Notes: generated by a model not told the origin, from the sequence alone. DNA of 64,000 bases from Mobula hypostoma (GCF_963921235.1 NC_086097.1:64668001-64732000); one strand, 5' to 3'; positions 37,135-48,636 are shown, counted from the first letter of the stretch. Made by a program: numbers and translations.

Positions 37135-40100
37135 ATTAGGGGCCTAATGCTGCTTGAGGTGACTGTTGGGTCTGTACAGCTACATACCAAATGAAGTGCC
37201 CAAAGTTGCAACCAGGTAGCAGACATCACTGGGATTCCCTTCCTGGGATTGAAAATGGACACAAGGGGTTGGTGGTCTGTCACTAGAGAAAACTTTTGTC
37301 TATAGAGATGGTGGTGGAAATTCTTTACTCCCCATACTAGACGAAGGGCCTCTTGGTTGTTCTGTGTGTGTTTGCGTTTTGTGCTCGTCAGTGATCTTTT
37401 TTCTCGGCGTGTGCATCTGTGTGCGTGCGTCCGTCCACACGTGCGTCCATGCGTGCGTGTGCGATGTTGGCTGGACGAAGTCTTTTTCATGCCTTTTACA
37501 GGGCGCGATGCGAGAGGGAGAGAGAGAGAGAGACAGAGACTGTGTGGCGCACCACTCCTCACTCAGACATTTCGCAGTATTTTTCCCTTTATTTTATGAG
37601 GTCAAGTTGCGATCTCGACACTCAACCCGGCACGGATGGAAAGCGTACTTGGGAGCATCCCCAACTGGATTCGAACCCGGGAACCTCCGTTCCAGAGTCT
37701 GGCGCTGATGTCATTGCGTCACCAGCTGGCCCTCGTCAGTGATCTTGAAGCAAGAGCAATCAGATGTTCAGATCCATCTTTCATAATGTGTGACAAAATG
37801 GCCCCAATGCCATAGGGGACACATCACACGCCAGCCTGATGGGCAGGGATGGGTCATAATGGGTGAGCCATTCATTTGATGTCATTAGTCTCTTTGTTTC
37901 CTTGAATGCTCTTTTACATCTTTCTGACCATTCCCGCTTTGCTTCTGTATGTAATAGTACATTCAACGCATGCAGCACTGTAGCAATGTTTGGGAGGAAC
38001 TGGTGGTAATAGTTTACCAGGCCCAAGTATGACCTGAGTTGTGACACATTTTCTGGAATGGGTGCCTGTGACTTATGTAAGCCATGATTGTCAATGACAC
38101 ATCCACAATATGAGATTTTATTCTTGAAAATCTCACATCTCTCTCTCCCTTTGCCCACAGACCATACTCATTCAGCCCGGTAAGCAGCTTACCAAGATTC
38201 TGGAGGTGCTCTTCATCATTCTTGCCAGTCACGATGATGTCTTCAAGGTAACATTGTGTTCCTGGGATATCTTGGAGCACCTGGTCCATTGTTCTTTGCC
38301 AAATTGCTGGAGCTGATGCCATGGCAAAGATAAGATGATTATACTGGAACAGTCCCTTGTGAGCGTTGATTGTGAAGAACTTCCTGTTTGACTCCTCAAT
38401 TTCCATTTGCAGATTGGCTTGTGACAAGTCAGTCTTTGAAAACCTCTCCCTACCTGTGGAAGACACAAAAATGTCTTCCATTCATAACAGGGGATACTGC
38501 ACATGGGTGATTCTCATTCTGAAGTCCCCACATATGCAAACAGCTCGTCCTCCTGTTTCTTGATCACCAGGACAACGAACATGGCCCAATCACTCCACTC
38601 AATCTTGGAGATAATGCCAGACGCCGCCAAGCTCTGCAGTTCAGCATATACTTTAGGATGTAGTGTAGTATAATGCATTGTACAATCTTTATAAAAACTT
38701 GGTGTTGCTGCTTTGTCCAGTTCAATTCTGGCCTTCGTGCTTTTGAGTTTACTAATGCCCTTCTCAAACAACTTCTCATTAGCATTAAGCAGCTGTGATA
38801 GTCTTTGGTTAGTGCTACTATTTGGGCTGCAGTTGTCTGTTGATGACACATTGAGAGCTATGATTGTGTGCCAGTCTGGTTGGACCATTCATGTCTGAAA
38901 AGTGCTGGCCCTCCACTTTTCAATACATAAAACTCTAACTGCTGATATTGGCCTCCATACATCACATTCACCTTCAGTTTGCCTTTGGGAGACACTTTTT
39001 CACCTATGTAGGTCTTTAGCATCACTGAGGTTTTTTCTAATGGTAGTTTAGTAAACAGTCTGTTGTAGTCAGCCTCTGAAATTATAGCCAAATCTGACAC
39101 TGTACCCTCTCCATTTTCAGTTTTACACCAGACACATCTATTGTGATTCAACTGACTTTGTGACCTGCTTCAGATCAATTATGCAGTTCTAGGCATGACA
39201 GCTCACCTTTGTCAGATTCTGTGTTGTCTGATTCAGTTTCACATTCAGTCACTTCATGCATTTGTTTAGTGTTGGCTTGGAATTTTTCACTCTGTGTGGT
39301 TTTTCCCTCTCTGGTTGTGCTTTTTGTCTGACTTGTACACTCTCTCTGTGACGTTGTCTGTGACACTTTCTGCAAACTCTTTCTTTGACCCATCAGTCAT
39401 TTGCATCATGGGACGATCTGCCACATCGATAAAATTTTTGGCTTTTTGCACCATTCAGGGACATTTTGTGCATTTCACATTCAAAACTCTTTTTCTGTAG
39501 TTCTGTCACACCCTTTGCTGCAGTCTCTAATGATATTGCAATAGTCAATGCCTATTCTAAGGTCAGGTCTCTTTCTGACAGTAGCCTCTTTTGAGTGTTT
39601 TGACTTTGTATGCCACGTTCAAGCCTATCACTTAATGTATAAGAAAGTCTATCTCCATAGTCACAGTTTGGGAAAGTTTGTACAGGTCTGCAGTGTATTC
39701 AGAAATGCTTCCATCCATTTTTTTTTGTAAAATCAAAATCTCTCAACTATTACTAATGGTTTTGGGCTCAATTGATTTTGCAAAATTGCAACAATTTCAT
39801 CGAATGTCTTGCTTGCTGATCTTTCAGAAGTTACTAAGTTACAAAAGAAATTGTATGTTCTAGCACCCATTAAGTTGTGAAATGTGGAGACTTTCTTTAC
39901 CTCATCCACATTGTTAGCCTTACAATACAGTTCAACCCTCTCAATATGGATTTCCCAGTCCTCATTAGCACTATCAAATCTATCAGCTGTCCCAACTAAG
40001 ACCATTTCCACGTTATTTTCACTTTAGCTTTGCTGGTCGTGCATCTCTCACTGTTACTCACGCGCACTTTTCTAGCATCCATGATTACCTACCCCGTCAC

Positions 40101-40386
40101 CATACTGGTTCAGTCTTCCCTCTCCCTGTCTCTCTCCCTTCCTCCGAATTCTGTCATCTGGTACTGTCGGGGCTGCGGTGATACTCTCTGACATTCAAGT
40201 TCGGACTCATCGTCAATTTGTTGTGTCTGTACAACTACTTATCATAAAAATGAAGGCACACACTTGAAATTAACGTCTATAATAACTTTGCAGAGAGCTA
40301 CAAATCAATGCACATGCATAAGTTATCAGACAGTAATTAGTGCTAAGGGGAGTCATTGCACTAAAGGAAAAAGATTCATACATTAC
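37135..40386 (-). mobile_element. Gypsy LTR retrotransposon (Mag-like), 3'-truncated and decayed
   Basis: gag FDSANEDWEIHIERVELYCKAN..LSPKPLVIVERF; RT FSKTDLSQA..KGLFQYNHL.FAMASAPAIWQRTMDQVL..YLEDIIV; RNase H LACDVSP, IALASRSLT, EALRLVWGVK..LVTDHQPL; PBS-like sequence at about 40206-40218; probable 5' LTR at about 40219-40386. Confidence 0.88.
37399..37731 (-). mobile_element. Young tRNA-derived, poly(A)-tailed SINE with 15-bp TSD
   Basis: TSD ctcgtcagtgatctt at 37384-37398 and 37732-37746; minus-strand head ggccagctggtgacgcaatg...ggttcgaatcc (B box); CpG-rich; short A tail. Confidence 0.92.
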
Positions 40387-40967
40387 AGTGACTACCTGAG
40401 ATGCCTTTTATTTTTGTACAAAAACATTGGACCTAAGAGTGATCCTTGCTCTTCATATTTTCACCATTAACGTTGCTACAACAAGGCCAATTTTACCTTC
40501 ATCATTGTCATTTTTTTTCCTTTTCCAGTTTTAAAATAAGTACGCTGTTATGGATTTTAGAAACACGTTAGTAGCAGTCATGTAGATGGTGCTGCCGTCA
40601 CCTATGAGTCAAATATCCTGCTATAGAGAATGGAGCATAATTGGATGATGTAACAACACTAAAGTAGGTGAATGCTCCACTATTGGAACAGCTATCATTT
40701 GGATGAGACATTGCACTGAGACTCTGTCCCAGGTTGTATCTTGTGGAAACATCTCGCAGAAGGTGGGAGAGTTATTGATGGTGTCTAGACAATGATCATG
40801 CCTTCAAAACCGCAACTGGTTAAAAATCACATTACTGTTTGTGGTGTCCTTCTATGCGTAAATTAACTCCCATTTTTCCTACAACATGAACAAAATATAT
40901 TCAACATCTTTGGGATTTTCAGCAGGTTACAGTCATCATGAGAGGTCATTCAGCGTCTAAGCAGTAG

Positions 40968-41092
40968 AGTAAACAGTCGACGTTTCAGGCTGAGACCCTT
41001 CAGTAGTCTTGATGAAGTGTCTTGGCCCAAAACGTTGACTGTTTGCTCATTTCCATAGGTGCTGTCTGGCCTGCTGAGTTCCTCCAGCATTT
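40968..41092. mobile_element. Minimal back-to-back Penelope hammerhead palindrome (degenerate)
   Basis: 'aaacagtcgacgtttcaggctgagacccttca|gtagtct|tgatgaagtgtcttggcccaaaacgttgactgttt'. Confidence 0.8.
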
Positions 41093-41299
41093 AAACAGCT
41101 CTGGTGCTTTCCGCTCTTTTCAGTGGGTTGCAATCAGTGCGGGACAAATGAACAGGAGGAAGGTGCAAATGGGGTGGACATTGTGTGGCCAAGTGGCCAG
41201 GCTTTGGCTCAACAGGCTTAGGTAAGAACAGGTGGGGGTTTGAAGCAGGTTTAATGTCGAGTAATTTTTTTTCTGTAAGTACATAGCTAGTGTGCTGAG

Positions 41300-42210
41300 A
41301 ATGAGTCCGGATTTTGTGGTATGTTTCTTGTGTGAGATGTGGGAACTCTGGGAGAGTTCTAGTCTCCCTGATAACTATATCTGCACGAGGTGCACCAAGC
41401 TGCTACTCCTTAGAGACTCTAGTAAGAAACTGGATCTGCAACTGGATGACCTTTGGTTTATGTGGGAAACTGAGGAAGTGATAGATAGGAGCTACAGGGA
41501 GGTAGTCACCCCTGTTGCAGGAGGCTGGTACCTAGGTGACTACCTGGAGAGGGAAAGGGAACAGGCAGCCAGTGCAGAGTTGCCCTGTGGCTGTTCCCTC
41601 AATAATAAACATGCCGCCTTGGATACTGTTGGGCAGGGACATCCTACCGGGGGAACACCAGGTCTCTCACACCAAGTCTGGCTCTGTGGCTCAGTAGGGA
41701 AGGGGGAAAAGAGGAGTGCAGTAGTGACAGGGGATTCCATAATTAGAGGAACAGAAAACAGATTCAGTGGACGTGAAAGAGATGCCCAGATGGTATGTTG
41801 CCTTTCAGGTGCCAGTGTCAGCAATGTCTCAATCCATAGCATTCTAAAGGGGGAGGGTGAACGGCTGGAAGTCATGGTACGTATTGGTACCAAATGACAT
41901 GGGTAGGAAAGCAAGGAGGTCCTGAAGAGAGAATATAGGGAGTTAGGCAGAAAGTTGAAAAGCAGGACCTCCAGCGTAGAAATTTCTGGATTGCTCTCTG
42001 TGCTGATGAGGGTTAGAACAGGATGATTTGGCAGTTGAATGCACGACTGAGGAATTGGTGCAGGGGGCAGGGTTTCTGATTTCTGGATCACTGGGATCTC
42101 TTCTGGGGAAGGTACGACCTATACGAAAAGGCTGGGTTACTCGAGAACCCCAGAGGAACCAATATTCTTGTGGACAAGTCTGCTAGAGCTGTGGGAGATG
42201 GTTTAAACTA
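41300..42210 (+). pseudogene. CR1 ORF1 (Cys-rich zinc finger, coiled coil, SGNH esterase-like domain)
   Basis: CFLCEMWE...YICTRCTKL..LDLQLDDL and AVVTGDSIIRGT..MVCCLSGA..VMVRIGT; broken by frameshifts. Confidence 0.85.
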
Positions 42211-43537
42211 ATTTGGCAGGGGAATAGAAACCGGAATGAAAAGGCTTAGGATGGGGCAGGCAGTTAGTATACAACTAGATGCAGTGTGTAGTGAAACTGT
42301 GAGGAAAGACAAGCAAATGATAGGGCAAAATTGCTGTCGGTGGGATGAGTTAGTGTAACAGGTGATCAAAATCAAAAAGGGTGATGAGTACAGGACTAAA
42401 GGTGCTAAATTTGAATGAACACCATATATGGAACAAGGTAGATGATCTTGTAGCACAGTAAAAGATTGACAGTTATGATGTGGGCATCTCTGAGTCACGG
42501 ATCATAGTTGGTGGCTTTAACATCCAAGAATACATATTATATCGAAAGAACAGGCAGGTAACAGAGGGAGTGGGGTGGCTCTATAGATTAAAAAAATAAA
42601 TCAAACCCTACAAAAGAGGAGACAGAGGATTGGAAAAAGTCAAGTCTTTGTAGGTTAAGAAACTGCAACGGTAAAAAGACCCTGATGGGAATTATATACA
42701 GGCCTCTGAAGAGTAGCCAGGATATGGGCTACAAGTTACAATGGGAGATAGAAAAGGCACGTCAAAAGGGCAATGTTGCGAACATCATGGGGGATTTCAA
42801 TATGCAGGTAGTTTGAGAAAATCAGGTTGGTGCGAAATCCTGAAGAGAGGGAATTTTTAGAATGCCTATGAGATAACGCTTTAGAGCATCTTGTGGTTAA
42901 GCCCATTGGGGAATGGCAGTTCTGTACTGGGTGTTATGTAATGACAAAGATATGATTAGGGAGCTTAAGGTAAAGGAACCCTTAAAGGTAAGGACATAGA
43001 ATATGGCAAAAATTAGTTGGAAGGTAGAGGATAGGGAAGCTTTTAAGAACCAACTGAAGACAACTTTTAAAAAAGGCCATAAAGAAAGAAAAGATGAACT
43101 ATGAATATAAGCTAGCCATTAATATAAAAGAGCACACAAAAAGTTTTTTTAGATACAGTCTTTATATAAAGAGAGACAGCGATTGGACAGGCTGTTGAAA
43201 AATGCTCGTGGAGTGGTTATAATGGGAGACAAGGAAATGACGGATGAACTTAGTAACTGGGTCGAATCGGGAAAAGATGAACTATGAGGGCAGGCTAGAC
43301 AATAACATAAAGCAGGATGCCAAAAGTTTTTTTTTACATTATATAAAGAGTAAAAGGAAGGAGAAAGTTGATATTGGACCACTGGAAAATGATGCTGGTG
43401 AGGTAGTAATGGAGGACAAAGTAACGGCAGATGAACTTCAAACAACAGGAATTCTGCATATGCTGGAAATTCAAGCAACACACATCAAAGTTGCTGGTGA
43501 ACGCAGCAGGCCAGGCAGCATCTCTAGGAAGAGGTAT

Positions 43538-43573
43538 AGTCGATGTTTCAGGCCGAGACCCTTCGTCAGGACT
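43538..43573 (-). ncRNA. Minimal type I hammerhead ribozyme (core intact, stem III palindrome mutated)
   Basis: Minus strand: agtc CUGACGA agggucucggccu GAAA cauc gacu. Confidence 0.75.
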
Positions 43574-43720
43574 AACTGAAGGAAGAGTTAGTATCTAACT
43601 TCTTCGGTGTAGGCATCACCGGAAGAGGCTTCGCAGTAGTGAATTTTAAAAAGCGCAAACAACAGGAATTCTGCACATGCCTACACCGAAGAAGTTTAGA
43701 TACTAACTCTTCCTTCAGTT

Positions 43721-43756
43721 AGTCCTGACGAAGGGTCTCGGCCTGAAACGTCGACT
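43721..43756 (+). ncRNA. Minimal type I hammerhead ribozyme (intact)
   Basis: agtc-CTGACGA-agggtctcggcct-GAAA-cgtc-gact: stem I agtc/gact, stem II hairpin, palindromic ACGU stem III, GUC cleavage triplet. Confidence 0.88.
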
Positions 43757-44730
43757 GTACCTCTTCCTAGAGATGCTGCCTGGCCTGCTGCGTTCACCAG
43801 CAACTTTGATGTGTGTTGGCAGATGAACTTAATGGGTACTTTGCATCTGTCTTCACTGTGGAAGACACCAGCTGTGTGCCAGAAGTCCGTGAGTGTCAGG
43901 AAGCAGCAGTGAGTGCCGTTGCTATTACAAAGGGAAAAGTGCTAGGCAAACTCAAAGGTCTTAAGGTGGATAAGTCACCTGGACAGATGAACCACATTCC
44001 AGAGTCCTGAAAGATGTTGCAGAAGAGATAACAGATGCATTGGTCATGATCTTTTAAAAATCACTTGATTCTGGCATGGTCCGAGAGGCCTGGAAGATTG
44101 CAGATATCACTTCACTCTTTAAGAAGGGAGGAAGGCAAAAGAGAAGAGATTATAGGCCAGTTAGCCCAACCTCAGAGGTTGGGAAAGTGTTAAAGTCTAT
44201 TATTAAGGATAAGGTTTCAAGGTACTTGGAGATTACCTGGCCCTTAATACCCAGAAGACCAAGGAGATCATTGTGGACTTCAGGCATGCTAGGAGCCACA
44301 CTCACGTCCCTATCTACATCAACGGGGCTGTAGTGGAGCGTGTATCAAACATCAAGTTCCTTGGTGTCCGCATTTCTGAGGATCTCACCTGGCCCCTGAA
44401 CTCCTCCATCCTGATCAAAAAAGCGCAGAGTATCAAGAAAGCTCACCTCTGTCCCAGGATACTGACGGACTTTTATTGCTGTACCATTGAGAGCATACTC
44501 ATCAACTGCATTTCAGTGTGGTATGCCAATTGTCCTATATTGGACTGCAAAGCACTCCAGTGTGTGGTGAAAACTGCCCAGCGGATTATCAGCAACCAAT
44601 TGCCCACCATTGAGAACATCTACCATAAACGCTGACATGAGGAATTCTGCAGATGCTGGAAATTCAATCAACACACATCAAAGCTGCTGGTGAACGCAGC
44701 AGGCCAGGCAGCATCTCTAGGAAGAGGTAC

Positions 44731-44766
44731 AGTCGACGTTTCAGGCCGAGGCCCTTCGTCAGGACT
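44731..44766 (-). ncRNA. Minimal type I hammerhead ribozyme (intact)
   Basis: Minus strand: aguc CUGACGA agggccucggccu GAAA cguc gacu. Confidence 0.88.
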
Positions 44767-45539
44767 AACTGAAGGAAGAGCTAGTAAGAGATTTGAAAGT
44801 GGGAGGGGGAGATCCAAAATGACACGAGAAGACAGGAGGGGGAGGGATGGAGCCAAGAGCTGGACAGGTGATTGGCAAAAAGGATATGAGAGGATCATGG
44901 GACCGGAGGCCTGGGGAGAAGGAAAAGGGGGAGGGGGGGGAAACCCCAGAGGATGGGCAAGGGGTACAGTCAGAGGGACAGAGGGAGAAAATGGAGAGTG
45001 AGAGAAAGAATGTGTGTATATAAATAAATAACGGATGGGGTACGAGGGGGAGGTGGGGCATTAGCGGAAGTTAGAGAAGTCAATGTTCATGCCATCAGGT
45101 TGGAGGCCACCCAGACGGAATATAAGGTGTTGTTCCTCCAACCCAAGCCACACTCAGGTTGGAGGAACAACACCTTATATTCCGTCTGGGTAGCCTCCAA
45201 CCTGCTGTCATGAATGTTAACTTCTCTAACTTCCGCTAATGCCCCACCTCCCCCTTGTACCCCATCCGTTATTTATTTACACACTTCTTTCTCTCACTCT
45301 CCTTTTTCTCCCTCTGTCCCTCTGACTATACCCCTTGCCCATCCTCTGGGGTTTCCCCCCCTCCCCCTTTCTTTCTCCCCAGACCTCCTGTCCCATGATC
45401 CTCTCGTATCCCCTTTTGCCAATCACCTGTCCAGCTCTTGGCTCCATCCCTCCCCCTCCTGTCTTCTCCTATCATTTTGGATCTCCCCCTCCCCCTCCCC
45501 CTCCCACTTTCAAATCTCTTACTCACTCTTCCTTCAGTT

Positions 45540-45575
45540 AGTCCTGACGAAGGGTCTCGGCCCGAAACTTCGACT
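45540..45575 (+). ncRNA. Minimal type I hammerhead ribozyme (core intact, stem III ACGU changed to ACUU)
   Basis: agtc CTGACGA a gggtctcggccc GAAA cttc gact. Confidence 0.75.
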
Positions 45576-47546
45576 GTACCTCTTCCTAGAGATGCTGCCT
45601 GGCCTGCTGCGATCACCAGCAGCTTTGATCTGTGTTGCTACCATAAACGCTGCCTGGGCAGGACAAAAAGCATTATCAGGGATGCATCTCACTGTAACCA
45701 TGGTGGGCATGTTACTCTCCTCCCATCTGGTAGGTGCTACAGGAGCCTCCGCTCCCGCACCAGCAGGCACAGGAAGAGCTTCTTCCCTGAGGCTGTGACC
45801 CTGCTGAACCTCACATCACAGCACTAAGCAGTATTGCACCCATATTGAACTGACTCAGTACTTTTATATTTGTGTACTGTAGCACTTACTTTTTATTTGC
45901 AGTTATTTTGTAAGTAACACTATTCTTTGCATTTCTGGTTGATGCATTTCATTGGCTTTGTATCTGTACTCGGCACAATGACAATAAAGTTAAATCTAAT
46001 CTAATGAGGAAATAAGTCAAAGTCAGCCTGGTTTCTGTAAAGGGAATCTTGCTTGACAAACCTGTTAGAGTTCTTTGAGGAAGTAACAAGCAGGGTGGAC
46101 AAAGGAGAGGCAGTAGATGTCATTTTCTTGGATTTTCAGAAGGCATTTAGTAAGGTGCCACACAGGAAACTGCTTAACAAGATAAAATTTTATGGCTTTA
46201 CAGGAAAGAAACTGGCATGGATAGAAGAGTGGCTGACAGGCAGAAGGCAGCGAGTGGGAATAAAAGGGACCTTTTCTGGTTGGTTGCCAGTACTACTGGT
46301 ATTCCTAAGGGGTCAGTATTGGGATTGATGCTTTTCACATTGTTTGTCAATGATTTAGATAATTGAATTGATGGCTTTGTGGCAACGTTTGTGGATGATA
46401 TGAAGATAGATGGAGGGGTAGGTAATGCTGAGGAAGCAATGCAATTGCAGCAGGACTTAGACAAATTGGAAGAATGGGCAAAAAAAGTGGCAGATGGAAT
46501 AGTGTTGGGAAATATATGATAATGCATTTTGGTGAAAGGAACAATAGTGTGGACTATTATCTAAATGGGGAGAAGGTTCAAACATCAAAGGTGGAGAGGG
46601 ACTTAGGAGTCCTCGTGCAAGACTCCCAGAAGGTTAATTTACAAGTTGAGTCTGTGGTAGAGAAGGCAAATGTAATGTTAGCATTTATTTCAAGGAGAAT
46701 AGAATATAAAGCCAGAGATAATTCTGAGCCTTTATAAGACACTAGTCAGGCCATACTTAGAGTATTGTTAACAGTTTTGGGCCCCATATCCCAGAAAGGA
46801 TGTGTTGTCATTAAAGAGAGTCCAGAGGAGGCTCACAAGAATGATTCCAGGAATGAAGGGGTTAACACATGAGGAGCTTTGGCAGCTTTGGGCCTGTACA
46901 CACTGGAGTTTAGAAAAATGTTATGGGGAGGGGTGTTGGGATCTCATTGAGAGCTGCCAAATGTTGAAAGGACTAGATAGGGTGGATGTAGAGAGGATGT
47001 TTCTATGGTGGGGGTATCCAGAAGTAGAGGGCACAGCCTCAAAATTGAGGGGCAACCTGTTAGAACAGAGGTAAGGAGGAATTAATTTAGCCAGAGAGTA
47101 GTAAATCTGCAGAATGCTCTGCCACAGACTGCGGTGGAGGTCAAGTCCATGTGTATATTTAAGGCGGAAGTTCATCATTTCCTGATTAGGGCATCAAAGG
47201 ATATGGCAAGAAGGCAGGTATATGGGGTTGAGTAGGATCCAGGATCAGCCATGTTGGAATGTCGGAACAGACTTGATGGGCTGAATGGCCTAATTCTGTT
47301 CCCATTTCTTATAGTCTTATTTTGCCTCAGTCTTCACTGTGGAAGACACTAGCATTATGCTGGAAATTCGAGAGTGTCAGGGGGCAGAAGTGAGCACAGT
47401 TGCTATTACTAGTGAGAAGGTGCTTGGGAGCTGGTAAGTCTGAAGGTAGATAAGATACCTGGACCAGATGGACTACAAATCAGGGTTCTGAAGAAGGCAG
47501 CTGAAGAGATTGTGGCAGCATTAGTAATGAACTTTCAAGAATCAAT

Positions 47547-48636
47547 GGTCAGATAAAACCTACCATGCTTGGAGGGAGAAGGGTCTAGTTTCTATTGAAG
47601 ACCTGTACATAGAGGGACGGTTTGCAACATTTAGTCTGCTGAAAAAGAAACTTGAGCTGCTCCATTCACACTTTTTTCATTATTTGCAAATTAGACACTA
47701 CATTCAATTTAAGATTTGTAATTTTGAATTCCTTCCAGGGAAACATATATTTTTTTGATATTTTAAAGAACCCTCCTGACTCCAGGCATCTCGTTTCTAA
47801 GTTTGTACATTTGTTTGATAATTGCACTGTAGCGTCTACTATGAAGATTAGAGACACCTGGAGAGAGGAGTTGGGCATTGAATTATCTGAAGCTGCCTGG
47901 GATAAGTGTTTGTCTATGATACAGGCTTGCTCTGTTAACAGCAGGCACCAACTGATCCACTTTAAAGTCGTCCACCGTCTCTATTACTCTAAACTTAGAT
48001 TGCACAGGATTTACCCTTCTGTCTTGCCAATGTGTGATAGATGCCAAGGGACGGAAGCCATGTTGTCACACACCTTTTGGTTTTGCCTATTACTGACTGG
48101 ATTTTGGTCCAAAATATTCGACTGGTACTCAAAGGCCTAAAAAAGATCCTTCCCCTTGGAAGCTGGTCTTGCTATATTTGGCTGCTCGCAATCTACTATT
48201 TGTTTCCCTGCAGCCATACAACAGTCTCTGATGCTGGGGATGATTATTGCCAAAAGACATACCTTGAGGGAATGGAAATCACCTTCTCCCCCCTTCCTTT
48301 CAGAGATGGATGGCTGATATGACCTCAGTCATACAGATGGAGAAACTTAGGTTCTTTGGAACCAATTCAATTAAAAAATTTTCGGCTATCTAGGATCCAT
48401 TTCTTGCCTACCTGGACAAGACCGGGGGCGGCTGAGCAATTCCCCCCCCCCCAGCTGATTTCTTACAGCCCTCATTTGAGATTTAATGTTTAGTATTTTT
48501 GAGCACTTTGTGCAATAGGCATCCCTCTAATGTTATGTCTTTTTTGTTTATTTCTTTTTTATACATGTCTGAGCTGGTATGTTTTTGTTGATCTCCTTGT
48601 TTTTTTTGAAAATTTTGAAAATAAAGTATTAAAAAA
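47547..48636 (+). mobile_element. 5'-truncated L1-clade LINE with poly(A) tail and 10-bp TSD
   Basis: ORF2 C-terminus IRDTWREELG..RHQLIHFKVVHRLYYSK..CDRC......SHTFWFC (CCHC); AATAAA at 48620-48625 and an A tail; TSD aagaatcaat at 47537-47546 and 48637-48646. Confidence 0.93.

Larger units (their letters stand above)
43439..43817. mobile_element. Penelope-derived hammerhead mini-element (217-nt unit, partial repeat, inverted arm) with 13-bp TSD
   Basis: TSD ggcagatgaactt at 43426-43438 and 43818-43830; the start 'caaacaacaggaattctgca' recurs at 43656; inverted arms 43476-43616 and 43677-43818. Confidence 0.93.
44635..45637. mobile_element. Penelope-like element: two inverted 3' ends (about 1-kb hairpin) with 15-bp TSD
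   Basis: TSD ctaccataaacgctg at 44620-44634 and 45638-45652; arms meet at about 45143-45156; 45147-45239 encodes ATLRLEEQHLIFRLGSLQPAVMNVNFSNFR* (GIY-YIG C-terminus). Confidence 0.95.
44233..46003 (+). mobile_element. 5'-truncated Rex1/Babar-type LINE inserted in the younger CR1
   Basis: KTKEIIVDFR..VERVSNIKFLGV..ESIL..CISVW..IENIYHKR|CLGRTKSII..LLPSGRCYRSL; tail aatctaatctaat; the CR1 rejoins as 'ttggaga|ctaatga'. Confidence 0.9.
43258..47319 (+). mobile_element. Younger 5'-truncated CR1 LINE inserted into the older CR1
   Basis: Re-starts a region already present upstream (EKMNYE..KSFF..ADELN); RT LTNLLEFFEEVT..LDFQKAF.KVPH; own 3' tail 'tttcttatagtctta'. Confidence 0.85.

Noticed and set aside
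36800..37135. Integrase or 3' LTR of the Mag-like Gypsy element
   Set aside because: I recognise no integrase motif and no copy of the 40219-40386 LTR; left unassigned.
37655..37731. tRNA gene
   Set aside because: It has A/B boxes but no convincing cloverleaf and is the head of a TSD-flanked SINE. The same applies to the heads at about 14700-14766, 19400-19448, 28770-28839 and 54120-54192.
44668..45827. Pro/Ser/Gly-rich ORFs (76-194 aa)
   Set aside because: They are translations of the low-complexity PLE 3' UTR and its inverted copy. ORF 7130-7576 has the same origin.
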